Below are positions 30,113-40,041 of a stretch of DNA of 64,000 nucleotides, in pieces (the stretch's first letter is position 1; each line of letters starts with the position of its first letter). The position numbers and the translations under genes were made by a program. The DNA lies in contig CAZUPO010000001.1 in the NCBI GenBank assembly GCA_964621595.1, forward strand, positions 14,758-78,757. The letters run 5' to 3'. The DNA is from an uncultured Candidatus Saccharibacteria bacterium. GTDB taxonomy: Bacteria; Patescibacteriota; Minisyncoccia; Phycocordibacterales; UBA5272. The notes under the pieces were generated by a model. It saw nothing but the letters and a program-made list of their open reading frames with translations, ran no database searches and had not been told where the DNA came from.

Positions 30113-30250
30113 AATTTCCTTATTTTGCCTTTATTTTAAAGGCTCGAATGTACCCCAAATCTCTCATAAACTCTGCAAGTCGTCAAGGGCACCCTGTGCA
30201 TAGAGAATTTTAGCCAAGATACGTAGATAGGTACTATTTATGAAGAAAGA

Positions 30251-30499
30251 TTATGATACATCTGCACCACGAACCGCAGCGATTGAGAGTAATTCTGCAG
30301 CGAGGACTGCATTCATATAAAATGGAATCTCTGTTTGTGCTGTATCGTCTGCCCTCTCTGCGGTTGCTTCTGCTTCGGAATAACGCTTCTTTGCAACATC
30401 TAATTTTTTCTGTAGTGAGTCGCGACGCAATACAGTAGGAACATCACTTCTACTTTCTGTATGAATTTCTGGTGGTTGTGGTGTGAATTCGTGTGTCAT
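30251..30499 (-). CDS. hypothetical protein, possibly truncated
   Basis: ORF from MTHEF; the reading frame continues briefly past TAA. Confidence 0.4.
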   Translation of the reverse strand: MTHEFTPQPPEIHTESRSDVPTVLRRDSLQKKLDVAKKRYSEAEATAERADDTAQTEIPFYMNAVLAAELLSIAAVRGADVS

Positions 30500-30737
30500 A
30501 CAAAACGTGATGTAATTATCCCTTCGCAAGTAATAGGTAGGAGTATACTCCTATTATTTTGATTCGTGCAAGTGAATTTTGTGTGGTGTTGTGTGGATGT
30601 ATAAATATGTTTTAAAAACATCTGCAATACTAGTCAAAAATTTGACTTTTTCATTAAAACTATGTGAAGAAGAAAGAATAACCCTTAAAGTGTTGGGTTA
30701 TTTTTTCGGTTCACTGGTACTAATAATTTATCCTGTC

Positions 30738-31148
30738 TTACCAAAGCACCAAGGTCACTGCCATAGACACAATTACCACAAGAGAGGCAGCCATCTCAAA
30801 AAGACCGTGTTTCACCTTCCTTCCCATCCAAATGACTTCGATTGCCGCATTTGTAGCACTAAATCCAAGCCACAACCAAAATCCAATGATAGCGGCACGT
30901 AGCGCGGTAGGCTCCCCCATAAATGGCGATGAAAATGCTACCCACATCGCAAGTGATAGAACAAACGCCGTCACAATATTTGCAACGTAGTTCTGTATCA
31001 TCTGCGGAATCATATCAGAAAACTTCTCCTTCCCTGTTGGATGAATATTAGCAAGACGCATCCAAAGTTTTCCAAAGAGTGGCCCGTGAATAAGGAATCC
31101 AACAACGAATCCAACTGCTGCCGCAACCAAAATAGCAATAATACTCAT
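30738..31148 (-). CDS. DUF1761-like membrane protein
   Basis: AILVAAAVGF..G...GPLFGKLW; 4 TM. Confidence 0.75.
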   Translation of the reverse strand: MSIIAILVAAAVGFVVGFLIHGPLFGKLWMRLANIHPTGKEKFSDMIPQMIQNYVANIVTAFVLSLAMWVAFSSPFMGEPTALRAAIIGFWLWLGFSATNAAIEVIWMGRKVKHGLFEMAASLVVIVSMAVTLVLW

Positions 31149-31205
31149 ATAATAATTCTAGTATTTAGTAATAAAGAATCTACACCCTACAGTATACCAA
31201 GTAAA

Positions 31206-31865
31206 TTACTCCCCTAGGTGTGCGTGATCATTGTGTATCCAAAGTCTCCAATTATTCATACTATCGAATCCTCCTTGGTAGCGAAGAACTGTAATGCCTG
31301 TATTTTCTAAGAAAATGTATCGATGAAAGTTACGAAATGCTTCTGGAGTAAGTGATTCCCGGAGCAGGATTCGCGCAAGGATAGTGTGTATAAAATAACT
31401 ATGACTCACTACAACAATATTTTTTTCTGATCTTCTTTCAAGAAATGCGAGAGCGTCGTCTGCTCGCTGTACTATTTCCTCAAAGTTCTCTCCATCGAGT
31501 ACTTTCTCGCCGGTTGTGTGCATGGTTTTTCTCCACTCTTTATAAACTTCGGTTGCGGCAAGATCGGTAAATGGTTTCCCGTTAACAACTGTTGGCTTGA
31601 TTCGCTCGACAAATAAGTTGGAGTACTCGACGTCTTTACCGGTAAGCGTGGATATCTCCTCAGCAGTTGATTTCGCACGAGCAAACGGGCTCGAGATGAG
31701 TGTGTCAAAAGAAATAGCCGCGATGCGTTGTGCTATCTTGCTTGCTTGTACCTTCCCATGATTGCTTAGTTCTGCTGTGGGTGCTTGGTACACCGGTAAA
31801 ATATTATGTTCGGACTGGCCATGTCGTATCAAGTACACAACTTTTTCTATTGGATATGACGACAT
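31206..31865 (-). CDS. histidine phosphatase family protein
   Basis: LIRHGQS, SSPFARA..TA, VVSH, NDHAHL. Confidence 0.9.
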   Translation of the reverse strand: MSSYPIEKVVYLIRHGQSEHNILPVYQAPTAELSNHGKVQASKIAQRIAAISFDTLISSPFARAKSTAEEISTLTGKDVEYSNLFVERIKPTVVNGKPFTDLAATEVYKEWRKTMHTTGEKVLDGENFEEIVQRADDALAFLERRSEKNIVVVSHSYFIHTILARILLRESLTPEAFRNFHRYIFLENTGITVLRYQGGFDSMNNWRLWIHNDHAHLGE

Positions 31866-31933
31866 GGCGCCATTATACACGACAATGACCTGAAATTCAC
31901 GTGAGGAATATACGTGTAGAAAACAAAAACAAA

Positions 31934-32296
31934 CTACTGTGTTTGAAGAACTCCTATGAAGAAACTATCGAGCACACCTTGAGCGTTCTTTTCTGCGTGT
32001 TCATCTTCTCGATCAAAGAGAGTCGTGGCATCCTTCCCACACGCCTTTATAATCTCTTTTCCTCCTGGGTGACTGGGGATGAATTTCGTAACATCATAGA
32101 CATAGCCACGTACCACCGTCCAACAATCCATTTCTGTTGCATGCTTTGCAACATCTGAAAGAGCATATCGTGCTGTAGAAGACGAGACAACAACTTTCGA
32201 AGGAGTAACCTCTGCAGGCGCCATACGACCCTGCATCAGCACGTATAGAACACCAAGGATCGCAACACAGAAAATAATGAGTATGTATTTCTTCAT
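31934..32296 (-). CDS. cytochrome b5-like heme/steroid-binding protein
   Basis: VAKH...DCW..V.G.VYDVT.FI.SHPGG, CGKDAT. Confidence 0.9.
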   Translation of the reverse strand: MKKYILIIFCVAILGVLYVLMQGRMAPAEVTPSKVVVSSSTARYALSDVAKHATEMDCWTVVRGYVYDVTKFIPSHPGGKEIIKACGKDATTLFDREDEHAEKNAQGVLDSFFIGVLQTQ

Positions 32297-32335
32297 AGAG
32301 TTATAGTAATTTAGTTAATGTGTAACGACTCGCCA

Positions 32336-33241
32336 CTATAGCACGGTCATGTACTTATTTTTACCTTGTGAGAACATTGTTTCGTACGCTTTTTTAATTT
32401 TATTCGTTATTGTGCGATCACCTGTACCAATAGCACGCGCATCTACCTCAGATATAGGTGCGACAAAGGCTGACGTCCCGCAAGCAAATACTTCCTCTGC
32501 AATGTAGAGTTCTGTTAAATCTATAGCACGCTCGATAACTGGAATACGTAGACTCTTCGCCAACTCAAGTACTACCGCTCTGTTAATACCCTCTAGAATA
32601 TCGCTGGATCTCTCTGGTGTAATAAGTGTTCCATTTCTCACCATGAATATGTTCGCTGCACTTAGTTCACACACATGACCATTAGCATCCAAGAACAAAC
32701 AATCGTCGTATCCACTATCAATTGCATCTTGTTTACCTAAAACAGAGTTCACGTAGGCACCATTTACCTTTGCACGAGATGGAATAGCGTAGTCAGGAAC
32801 CCTTCTCCAAACACTTGTCTTAAGGCGTGCGCCATTCTGCGGAATAATCGGTGTCGCCTCATAGATAAACATACTCACAACCGTCTTTAAACCACGGGAT
32901 CGTGTACCAGGAACAAGTTCAGATACATGCACCGTAGCACGCACGAAGACCCTCTCCTTGATTGGATTTTTCTTAATGAGCGCTGTAACCGCATTCTTAA
33001 ACTTTTTGTAATCCCACGTGGATTCAAATGTATCGATACCGATAATCTTTGCAGAATTCACAAGCCGCGCATAGTGCTCCGGAAGACAAAAAGCTGCTAC
33101 CCCCTTTCCAACGGGAACAATAGGAAATACTGTATACACACTCAATCCATACAACACTGCTGAACTTGCCACAGAGAGTGTCGCGTCCTTTATATCTACC
33201 ACCTTATCATTGAAATATGCGTATGTATATACTTTTGCCAT
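32336..33241 (-). CDS. ilvE: branched-chain amino acid aminotransferase (class IV PLP)
   Basis: AK..G.Y.NS, E.SAANIF, ILEGI.R, EVF.CGT. Confidence 0.88.
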   Translation of the reverse strand: MAKVYTYAYFNDKVVDIKDATLSVASSAVLYGLSVYTVFPIVPVGKGVAAFCLPEHYARLVNSAKIIGIDTFESTWDYKKFKNAVTALIKKNPIKERVFVRATVHVSELVPGTRSRGLKTVVSMFIYEATPIIPQNGARLKTSVWRRVPDYAIPSRAKVNGAYVNSVLGKQDAIDSGYDDCLFLDANGHVCELSAANIFMVRNGTLITPERSSDILEGINRAVVLELAKSLRIPVIERAIDLTELYIAEEVFACGTSAFVAPISEVDARAIGTGDRTITNKIKKAYETMFSQGKNKYMTVL

Positions 33242-33321
33242 AGTAATTTAAATTGTACCACACGATATAGAGAGGTTGGTGACTAGAGCATTGTCATGAC
33301 TCAAGTTCATGACACCAAACA

Positions 33322-33627
33322 CTAACGAAGGTATGAATACAAAAGGGTGGAGAAAAATACAAAAACAGTTACTGAAAAATATAAGACGGTGGTGGTAAAG
33401 AATTTCAGTGCTTCTTGTTTCTTATTTTCAGCATATAGGCACAGTGGCTTATAAAAAAATAAAAATGCCATTACCGTAACAGATAGAACAAGGAGTGAGA
33501 GCATAAACATTGGTATAAGGAGTGTGTCTTGCTTGTCGTGTCCGTATTTAGTTAACACCTGTATAAGAGCAATTACGAAACCAATGTAACAGGTGGCCCC
33601 GAGAGCATTTAGAAGTGGTGTTTTCAT
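33322..33627 (-). CDS. small 3-TM membrane protein
   Basis: Hydrophobic; NAL....YI, LSL.VLS..VM..L.F..P pattern. Confidence 0.7.
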   Translation of the reverse strand: MKTPLLNALGATCYIGFVIALIQVLTKYGHDKQDTLLIPMFMLSLLVLSVTVMAFLFFYKPLCLYAENKKQEALKFFTTTVLYFSVTVFVFFSTLLYSYLR

Positions 33628-33663
33628 AGAGTAAAGTGTACCACGACTTGCGATTAAGAAATG

Positions 33664-33725
33664 TGAAAGCCCCCGGCCACCCGCCCGCGTTTTCCTTTCG
33701 CGAGGCGAGGTGGCTGGGGGCCTTT
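33664..33725 (-). terminator. long GC hairpin/terminator of islet
   Basis: Minus strand GGCCCC.GCCACC..GC..CGCG...CGCG.GC.GGTGGC.GGGGC-TTTC. Confidence 0.6.
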
Positions 33726-33733
33726 GCCGCCTT

Positions 33734-33964
33734 TCACGGCGCCTCCATTGTGCAGACCATCGGGTCGGCGTTGATCGCGTCGCACAGCGCCTGCAAGTGC
33801 CGACGCAACTGCCGCGGGGTCATCTCCTCCACCGGGTCGGTGAGCAACTCGTGTTTTCCGTCCAGAGTTGCCAGCACCTCACTGGCTTTCTCGATCTCGG
33901 AGAGGAGATTACTGCGCTCCACTTCCGGTGACGCGTGTCCGCAGGGTTTCGCGGTGTACGGCAT
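33734..33964 (-). CDS. GC-rich islet orphan protein (gene 2 of 2)
   Basis: GAAAGGAG SD before ATG 33964. Confidence 0.6.
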   Translation of the reverse strand: MPYTAKPCGHASPEVERSNLLSEIEKASEVLATLDGKHELLTDPVEEMTPRQLRRHLQALCDAINADPMVCTMEAP

Positions 33965-33992
33965 GATTCTCCTTTCTGCCACAAGGGCAAGT

Positions 33993-34241
33993 TTACGTAG
34001 TCAAGGTTTGGATTGTCTTCTGCAAGTCCGCTTGGTACTTCTCGAGGGCCTTCACGAACTCGAGATCACCTACCGGCTTGCGTCCGTCATTCCACTTTGC
34101 CAGATGATTGTCGATATCATCTGAGCCCCGGAGAAGTTTGTGCTTCGGGTCGAGTTTGCGCAACTCACCTTCGGCACCAGCAACCATCTCGGATAGTTGG
34201 TTGAGTGCAACCATAGCCTCCCGTTTTACTAGGGTGTTCAT
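33993..34241 (-). CDS. GC-rich islet orphan protein (gene 1 of 2)
   Basis: GAGGGGAG SD; helical 82-aa protein. Confidence 0.62.
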   Translation of the reverse strand: MNTLVKREAMVALNQLSEMVAGAEGELRKLDPKHKLLRGSDDIDNHLAKWNDGRKPVGDLEFVKALEKYQADLQKTIQTLTT

Positions 34242-34490
34242 GCTCCGTCTCCCCTCATAACTACAGTTATAAACGCGTCCTCACTACCACAAGGGAGGAA
34301 GACATTTGTACAGATTGATCTCCATAGTACCCTATTACCAAGAAGATTTCAAACCATATTAATGTTCTAAGATCAAAGTAATTACAAAAGCAAGATAGAA
34401 GATTCATTCTGTCAGCCGATATATACATAAATGAAAAAGTTTAAAATTTGTAAAACATTTGCCATGTGTTCTACGTGATACAAATATAAC

Positions 34491-34547
34491 GCAACCAAGT
34501 TGCTATATTAAATAAAATGATGTAGTATATAATAGCAACTTAGTTGC
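34491..34547. promoter_or_regulatory. two palindromic GCAAC-N3-GTTGC operator candidates
   Basis: GCAACCAAGTTGC (34491-34503) and GCAACTTAGTTGC (34535-34547) flank the -10 of the CooC-like gene. Confidence 0.6.
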
Positions 34548-34557
34548 GTTATTATTT

Positions 34558-35397
34558 ATGAGAATTGCCTTTGTTGGTAAGGGAGGAAGTGGAAAAAGTT
34601 CAGTTGCTTGGCTTGCCGTAAAAACCTTAGAAGAAAGCGGTGTTTTTGTTCTTGCTATAGATGCTGACCACAATATGGACTTAACTAGCAATCTTGGATT
34701 GGATCCTGAAAAAACTCCGCTCATGCACAAAACTGATCGAGTCTTTATGGAAAAAGTTGGTTTATCTGAAGATAAACAATGGTCTCGCATTATCACAGAA
34801 AGCGATAAAATTCTCCCCACGTTTACTCTTTCCCCAATGGATCCATACACCTCGTCTATTAGTACTACAATCTCTCCCAATCTTTCTCTCATCAACATCG
34901 GACTTGGATCACCAGATGTACTTTTCAGTGATAAATGTGCTCATGGGCTTTCTGGACCGCTTAAATACTATCTGGGACTACTCGACGAAAAAGATGCTTG
35001 GGTTGTTGCTGATAGTGTTGCCGGTTCCGATATGATTAATTATGGATTATATTCTGGTATTGATGCGGTTATCGGTGTTGTAGAACCACATCGAAACAGT
35101 ATAAAAGTATTTGAACAAATTCGGGAGATATGTAGAAAAACTATGATCCCCTGCTACGCAATTATAAACAAACCAGCAAAAAATGAGTTTTATGATTTAT
35201 TCATGGAACAACACAAGACTGTGGTTATTGGAGAAGTTCCACTAGATCCAGGTATATTAGCGTACAATTTTCATACCGTCAGCAACGAAACAAAGGAATC
35301 TATAAAAACAATCATTGCAAAAATAAAAACATTTAAGAAACGAAAAGGTATTTCTGGTCTGCAAACATTCCACGAAGTAAAAAAATCTAGTAAGTAA
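34558..35397 (+). CDS. CooC/MinD-like P-loop ATPase (metal chaperone-like)
   Basis: MRIAFVGKGGSGKS, AIDAD.N, CAH. Confidence 0.8.
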   Translation: MRIAFVGKGGSGKSSVAWLAVKTLEESGVFVLAIDADHNMDLTSNLGLDPEKTPLMHKTDRVFMEKVGLSEDKQWSRIITESDKILPTFTLSPMDPYTSSISTTISPNLSLINIGLGSPDVLFSDKCAHGLSGPLKYYLGLLDEKDAWVVADSVAGSDMINYGLYSGIDAVIGVVEPHRNSIKVFEQIREICRKTMIPCYAIINKPAKNEFYDLFMEQHKTVVIGEVPLDPGILAYNFHTVSNETKESIKTIIAKIKTFKKRKGISGLQTFHEVKKSSK

Positions 35398-35510
35398 ATT
35401 ACTCCCCGGATCTATGTATATAAACTATGTGAGTTTGTATGCATATATGTGGGGAGAAATACCCCACAAAAATTGTCTTTTCACCACCAACCAAAGTCAG
35501 GAGATTACCC

Positions 35511-36278
35511 ATGTGCACAGTCAATGATGGTAGTTCGTTCTTCCGGCCGATGACCATGATGGACATCGCCTTCATTGCCACCAAGTACAACGAGTTGCCG
35601 AGGCAATTGCTGTACGACCTCTACGAGGCAATGACGGATCACAACACGGTCCGGCCGGCGGTTATGCTGGTGATCCTCGAGAGCCTTCACCGGCTCAAGA
35701 GCGGTCATCTGGGTGCCAGCGCCTACGGTGCCGTCTTCGCCTACAGCGCCCTTCAGATCAAGGATGGTGGTGATGGCAACATCTTCCACCGGTACCAGGA
35801 TCCGATCATGTCGCACATCCACGACGCGATGCTTCAATTCGCTCTCGCGGAACGCAACATGCGCAAGGTTCAGGAAGTCCTCCGTCGCTATCAGTACGAC
35901 TTCGTCCACTTTTGCGATTGCGGCTGCATAACCACTGTGGTCGACGTCGATTTCATGGAGACGGAGGAGTACAAGGCGGTGAACCTCATCCGCTCCTATG
36001 GCGAATCGATTGGGGCGCCGGTGCACCAGGTGAAATCGATCGACGATCTCCCCCTTCACCTGACCGACATGCATCCGCACGAGGTCGCCGGTTACAAGAA
36101 GATCTGGGGCACCCTGCAGATGCTCCCCGTCCATCCCTTCGAGGGTACGCTGGAACTCTCGCAGGCATTCGAATACTTGACCAGCATGAAGGAGGGTAGC
36201 AATGCCGGTAGCGGCCGTCGTTCGTGTATCAACGCAGTGGGGGCCAAGACACCGGTTGCAGATCACGCTGCCCGATAA
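35511..36278 (+). CDS. GC-rich islet orphan protein
   Basis: CAGGAG SD before ATG 35511; strong C/G third-position bias. Confidence 0.68.
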   Translation: MCTVNDGSSFFRPMTMMDIAFIATKYNELPRQLLYDLYEAMTDHNTVRPAVMLVILESLHRLKSGHLGASAYGAVFAYSALQIKDGGDGNIFHRYQDPIMSHIHDAMLQFALAERNMRKVQEVLRRYQYDFVHFCDCGCITTVVDVDFMETEEYKAVNLIRSYGESIGAPVHQVKSIDDLPLHLTDMHPHEVAGYKKIWGTLQMLPVHPFEGTLELSQAFEYLTSMKEGSNAGSGRRSCINAVGAKTPVADHAAR

Positions 36279-36501
36279 CGATGTGGTTAACGTACGCCTC
36301 CATGCGTGCGAAGACTGCAGCTTCATCGAGTGGAGTAAAGCAACCGGAAAAGAGGTTGCTCAGACAACCGTAAGTGAAGCATTCCTCCGGGCTGTGGCGA
36401 ATTTGGTCACCTCCGGAGAAAACCGAAAACTCCCTGAACTTGTCGCCGAAGGGCAGCAAGCACTTGGAGATTACGCCAAGAACCCGCCCTTCAACACATA
36501 G
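36202..36501 (+). CDS. GC-rich islet small protein overlapping the upstream ORF
   Basis: AAGGAGG SD before ATG 36202; terminator at 36518-36549. Confidence 0.5.
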   Translation: MPVAAVVRVSTQWGPRHRLQITLPDNDVVNVRLHACEDCSFIEWSKATGKEVAQTTVSEAFLRAVANLVTSGENRKLPELVAEGQQALGDYAKNPPFNT

Positions 36502-36592
36502 GGACCAGGATTGTGGCAAGCCGTCCTCGTGAGGGGGCGGTTTATTTTTATAATTCTAATCTTTGTGCCTCCAATAGACTCCAGAACATATT

Positions 36593-36605
36593 GCAATATA
36601 GTTGC
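36593..36605. promoter_or_regulatory. third GCAA-N5-TTGC operator candidate
   Basis: GCAATATAGTTGC just upstream of the Fur-family gene -10. Confidence 0.5.
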
Positions 36606-36628
36606 GTTAATGCTATACTAATGCAACT

Positions 36629-37036
36629 ATGAAATTTGAAGAGATTTTAAAAGAACATGGTTACCGAGTAACGTCTAAGCGTATCAAGCTACTATCCTTT
36701 CTTAGTTCTGCAAAAAAACCTTTAACTGTTTCTGAAATACGTTTAAAGATGCACATGGACAAAGTAACCCTTTATCGAGCATTAGAGGATTTTGTCTCCT
36801 CTCATCTTATTGCAAAAATAAACCTTCATGATAAGGCTGCGTATTATGAATTCATCCATACGAACCATCACCATCACCATATTATTTGCGAAATCTGTGG
36901 GAAACTAGAAGACATTGAGCATTGCAATCCGATTCTACTCCAAAAAGAAATTTTAAAATTTTCTAAAAAATTCAAAGTTATTAATTCCCATTCGCTAGAA
37001 TTTTTTGGTGTATGCACTACCTGTAGTAAGATATAA
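36629..37036 (+). CDS. Fur-family transcriptional regulator (Zur-like)
   Basis: T..R..LL, TLYRAL, HHHHIIC..CG, LEFFGVC..C. Confidence 0.9.
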   Translation: MKFEEILKEHGYRVTSKRIKLLSFLSSAKKPLTVSEIRLKMHMDKVTLYRALEDFVSSHLIAKINLHDKAAYYEFIHTNHHHHHIICEICGKLEDIEHCNPILLQKEILKFSKKFKVINSHSLEFFGVCTTCSKI

Positions 37037-37039
37037 TTA

Positions 37040-38185
37040 ATGACACAGACACGTAACTTACATTATTACATGCGTAACATAGTTATATCCTTTATTCTCG
37101 CTAGTACTATTGTTGGTGTTGCATGTGCACAGGCAACCCTTGTACCTGATATAGATGTCATTGAAAAAGCTAAGGTACTTGAGGTCTCAGATGCCACAAC
37201 CAGTTCAGAACTTGCTATAGAAAGAAAAATACAAACGCTTAAGGTGGAAATACTTGAGGGTCTTGATGAAGGGAAAATAATTACATTCAAAAATGACTCA
37301 CCAACACAACTTAGTAAAGATGAATTATTTTATATACGACATCAAAAAGACACCTTTTCAGATAACGACTACTGGATAGTATCAGACCCCTATCGCCTAG
37401 ATGTACTACTATATCTGTTACTGATGTTTCTTGTTCTACTCTTTTTGTTCGGAGGGCTACAAGGTATTCGTGGGTTAGCATCTCTTGCTGGTAGTCTGGT
37501 ATTAATTTTTTATGTTTTGATTCCTGGCATACTAGAGGGATATTCAGCTACAATTACAAGCATTGGTGTCGCTTCACTGATTATCATTACTGGATCCTAT
37601 ATAACTCATGGATTTACAAGAACCACCTCTTCTGCCGTACTTGGTATGATCGCAACTGTGATCGTCGTTGGTTTGGTAACTTACTATGCTATTTATTCTG
37701 GGCGACTCACAGGTTTTAGTTCTGAGGAAAGCATGTACCTTAGCATGAATTCTCAAGGGATAATTAATATGGTTGGATTGTTATTCGGGGGCATTATGAT
37801 AGGTCTTCTTGGTGTCCTCTACGACATAGCCATTGGTCAAGCCGTTGCAGTAGAAGAACTCTACCGAGCAGGACACCACCTAACACGAAAAGAAATTTAT
37901 AGGCGTGCGATTCGTATTGGAAGAGAACATATTGGCGCACTTGTAAATACACTCGCTATTGCTTACGTTGGTGTCGCGCTTCCACTTATTCTTCTAGCTA
38001 CACAAACCAAAGGAACAGGGCTACTGCCTATTATCAACAGTGAAATATTTGCCACTGAAGCCGTTCGTATTCTTGTGGGAAGTATGGGGCTTATTATTGC
38101 AGTACCAATCACCACAGGTATTGCCACATACATGCTTTCTCATATGGAGGGTAAGGGCGGTTCCACACATAGCCACAAACATTAG
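37040..38185 (+). CDS. YibE/F family membrane protein
   Basis: G..G.R.L.SL, GVL.DIAI.QA, GREHIGALVNTL.IAY.G; His-rich C-tail. Confidence 0.88.
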   Translation: MTQTRNLHYYMRNIVISFILASTIVGVACAQATLVPDIDVIEKAKVLEVSDATTSSELAIERKIQTLKVEILEGLDEGKIITFKNDSPTQLSKDELFYIRHQKDTFSDNDYWIVSDPYRLDVLLYLLLMFLVLLFLFGGLQGIRGLASLAGSLVLIFYVLIPGILEGYSATITSIGVASLIIITGSYITHGFTRTTSSAVLGMIATVIVVGLVTYYAIYSGRLTGFSSEESMYLSMNSQGIINMVGLLFGGIMIGLLGVLYDIAIGQAVAVEELYRAGHHLTRKEIYRRAIRIGREHIGALVNTLAIAYVGVALPLILLATQTKGTGLLPIINSEIFATEAVRILVGSMGLIIAVPITTGIATYMLSHMEGKGGSTHSHKH

Positions 38186-38214
38186 GTGTTTAAAACATAC
38201 TGATCAATGTTTAA

Positions 38215-38718
38215 TCACAACTCCTTTTCTCTAAACAAAGTTGTGTAATCAACCCCGGGTGTTGTTTCTGTGGCATAGAGTTTGAACTCTAGTTTTTCAT
38301 ACAAAATTTGCGCAGTTGCTTCACCTGGATGTGTTGTTGTGTATAGCCGCATTCTTTTATAACCCATATCACGGGCGCGATCTATGGTCCATTCCAAAAT
38401 CTCTTTGCCAAATCCTTTTCTTCGTTCTTCTTTGCTTACACAATACCACCCCAGCCAAATGATATCTTTTGGTTCATCCAAAACGGTATACCAACCTGTA
38501 ACTCCAATTGTTTTCTGTTCCTCATTTTTTACGATAAAGTATTTCAATATATCTAAACGGTGCCTCGTGATAAATTCTTTATGAGCCTCTCCATCAACAC
38601 TTACACGATAGGCAACTTCAGGACTATCATCCGTATCAAAATCATCAGGAAACACTTCCCGCACCAACCTAATCGCGTCATCAATATTTTCTGAAGAAAG
38701 TGGGAAGTACGAGAGCAT
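38215..38718 (-). CDS. GNAT acetyltransferase
   Basis: V...RRKGFG..IL, A..LYEKL.F. Confidence 0.8.
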   Translation of the reverse strand: MLSYFPLSSENIDDAIRLVREVFPDDFDTDDSPEVAYRVSVDGEAHKEFITRHRLDILKYFIVKNEEQKTIGVTGWYTVLDEPKDIIWLGWYCVSKEERRKGFGKEILEWTIDRARDMGYKRMRLYTTTHPGEATAQILYEKLEFKLYATETTPGVDYTTLFREKEL

Positions 38719-38808
38719 ACGCCTAAGTATATCGAAAAATAGCACGCGATACGAATCACTACCCTAAATACAGGCTACTATTCGCAATCGGAGAGAATTT
38801 AAAAAATA

Positions 38809-39261
38809 CTACTTCCCCTTCTCCACAATTTTTTTGAGTTCGTCTATCACTGCTTTTTCCCAGAATTTCATTGAGTACCACTTGATAAGTGGGGTTGCTA
38901 CCACTCGTAGCCATGCTTTATGAATAGTGACTTGGTATGTGTAGTCGATGAGTGCACCACCTTCGTGCGGCGATATGAGAAGTTCTTCATGACCTGAGGT
39001 TCCAAACTGATAACTATCATTATCTGATATGAATCCCCTACCCGGAAGAATTTCTGTTTTCATCTTCACGCGAAACTGACTCCCAAACGATTTCACTGTT
39101 GCTTCCATCTCTAAATGATTTCCATCTTGTTTAAGAACATCTATCGACTGTGCAACTTTTGGAAAATGTTTCGGAAAATTTTTGAAATCAGCCATGATAC
39201 CAAACACATCTTCTGGAGTTGCTTTGATAATCCACGTTTTATGAAGTGTGGTGTGATTCAT
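38809..39261 (-). CDS. SRPBCC/START-like protein
   Basis: I.ATPE.VF..MADF...PKHFP. Confidence 0.7.
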   Translation of the reverse strand: MNHTTLHKTWIIKATPEDVFGIMADFKNFPKHFPKVAQSIDVLKQDGNHLEMEATVKSFGSQFRVKMKTEILPGRGFISDNDSYQFGTSGHEELLISPHEGGALIDYTYQVTIHKAWLRVVATPLIKWYSMKFWEKAVIDELKKIVEKGK

Positions 39262-39509
39262 AGGCGTCCCAAATAAGCGAGTGTTGTTAGTATAAGAAGT
39301 TGCACAAGGATAGCAAGAGGAAGTTTTTTAGATTCTGAAAGGGATGAGAGGAATACCGTGAAAGATAACGCATAGACAACACCTGCGGTTACAACAACGA
39401 TTAAAAGATTCGGTCCCTCCGGATCATCAAAAAATGCAAACATCGACCTCGAACCCAAAAGCGCGGTGACCGCAAGAAGGGTTAGTGAGATTTTTTTAGA
39501 TAGGTGCAT
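39258..39509 (-). CDS. small membrane protein
   Basis: DDPEGPNLLIV between TM helices. Confidence 0.65.
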   Translation of the reverse strand: MHLSKKISLTLLAVTALLGSRSMFAFFDDPEGPNLLIVVVTAGVVYALSFTVFLSSLSESKKLPLAILVQLLILTTLAYLGRL

Positions 39510-39512
39510 ATA

Positions 39513-39992
39513 TTACTCCCCTCGTCGGGCGGCGTCTATTTTTGCTACATCTATTTTCTGCATGGTCATCATAGCGTCGAATGCTCGCTTCGCCTCATCT
39601 CCTCCTTTTGTGAGTGCTTCTGTTAGTGTTCGTGGGGTGATCTGCCATGACACTCCCCACTTGTCCTTACACCAACCACAAGCACTTTCCACTCCACCAT
39701 TTCCAACTATTGCATTCCAGTACTTATCTGTCTCTTCTTGATCATCTGTTGCAATCTGAAAAGAAAATGATTCACTTTGTTTGAATGTTGGCCCACCATT
39801 TATTCCCATACACTGTATTCCACACACGGTAAAGTATGCCGTGAGTACATCGCCCTCCTTTCCATCTGGAAAATCGCTCGGGGCATTAAACACGTGAATT
39901 AATTTACTGTCAGGAAACGTTGCCTCATAAAATTTTGCTGCATCTTCTGCTCCCTTCTCGAACCACAAACAAATTGTATTTTTAGGTATCAT
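39513..39992 (-). CDS. VOC/PhnB-like (3-demethylubiquinone-9 3-methyltransferase-like) protein
   Basis: CLWF...AE.AA.FY, CGWCKDKWGVSWQI, M.KID. Confidence 0.9.
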   Translation of the reverse strand: MIPKNTICLWFEKGAEDAAKFYEATFPDSKLIHVFNAPSDFPDGKEGDVLTAYFTVCGIQCMGINGGPTFKQSESFSFQIATDDQEETDKYWNAIVGNGGVESACGWCKDKWGVSWQITPRTLTEALTKGGDEAKRAFDAMMTMQKIDVAKIDAARRGE

Positions 39993-40041
39993 GAAAATAA
40001 GTATAGCAGGTAAAATTTCGAAAATTTATAACCCATCTAAA

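Noticed and set aside
30130-30253. Stop-codon readthrough or tRNA-Gln-like remnant (GGCTCGAATGTACCCCA)
   Set aside because: Short and degenerate; TGA and TAA terminate genes normally elsewhere, so no evidence of recoding
30538-30553. Perfect palindrome TAGGAGTATACTCCTA
   Set aside because: Single occurrence centred on the self-complementary -10 word; no supporting context
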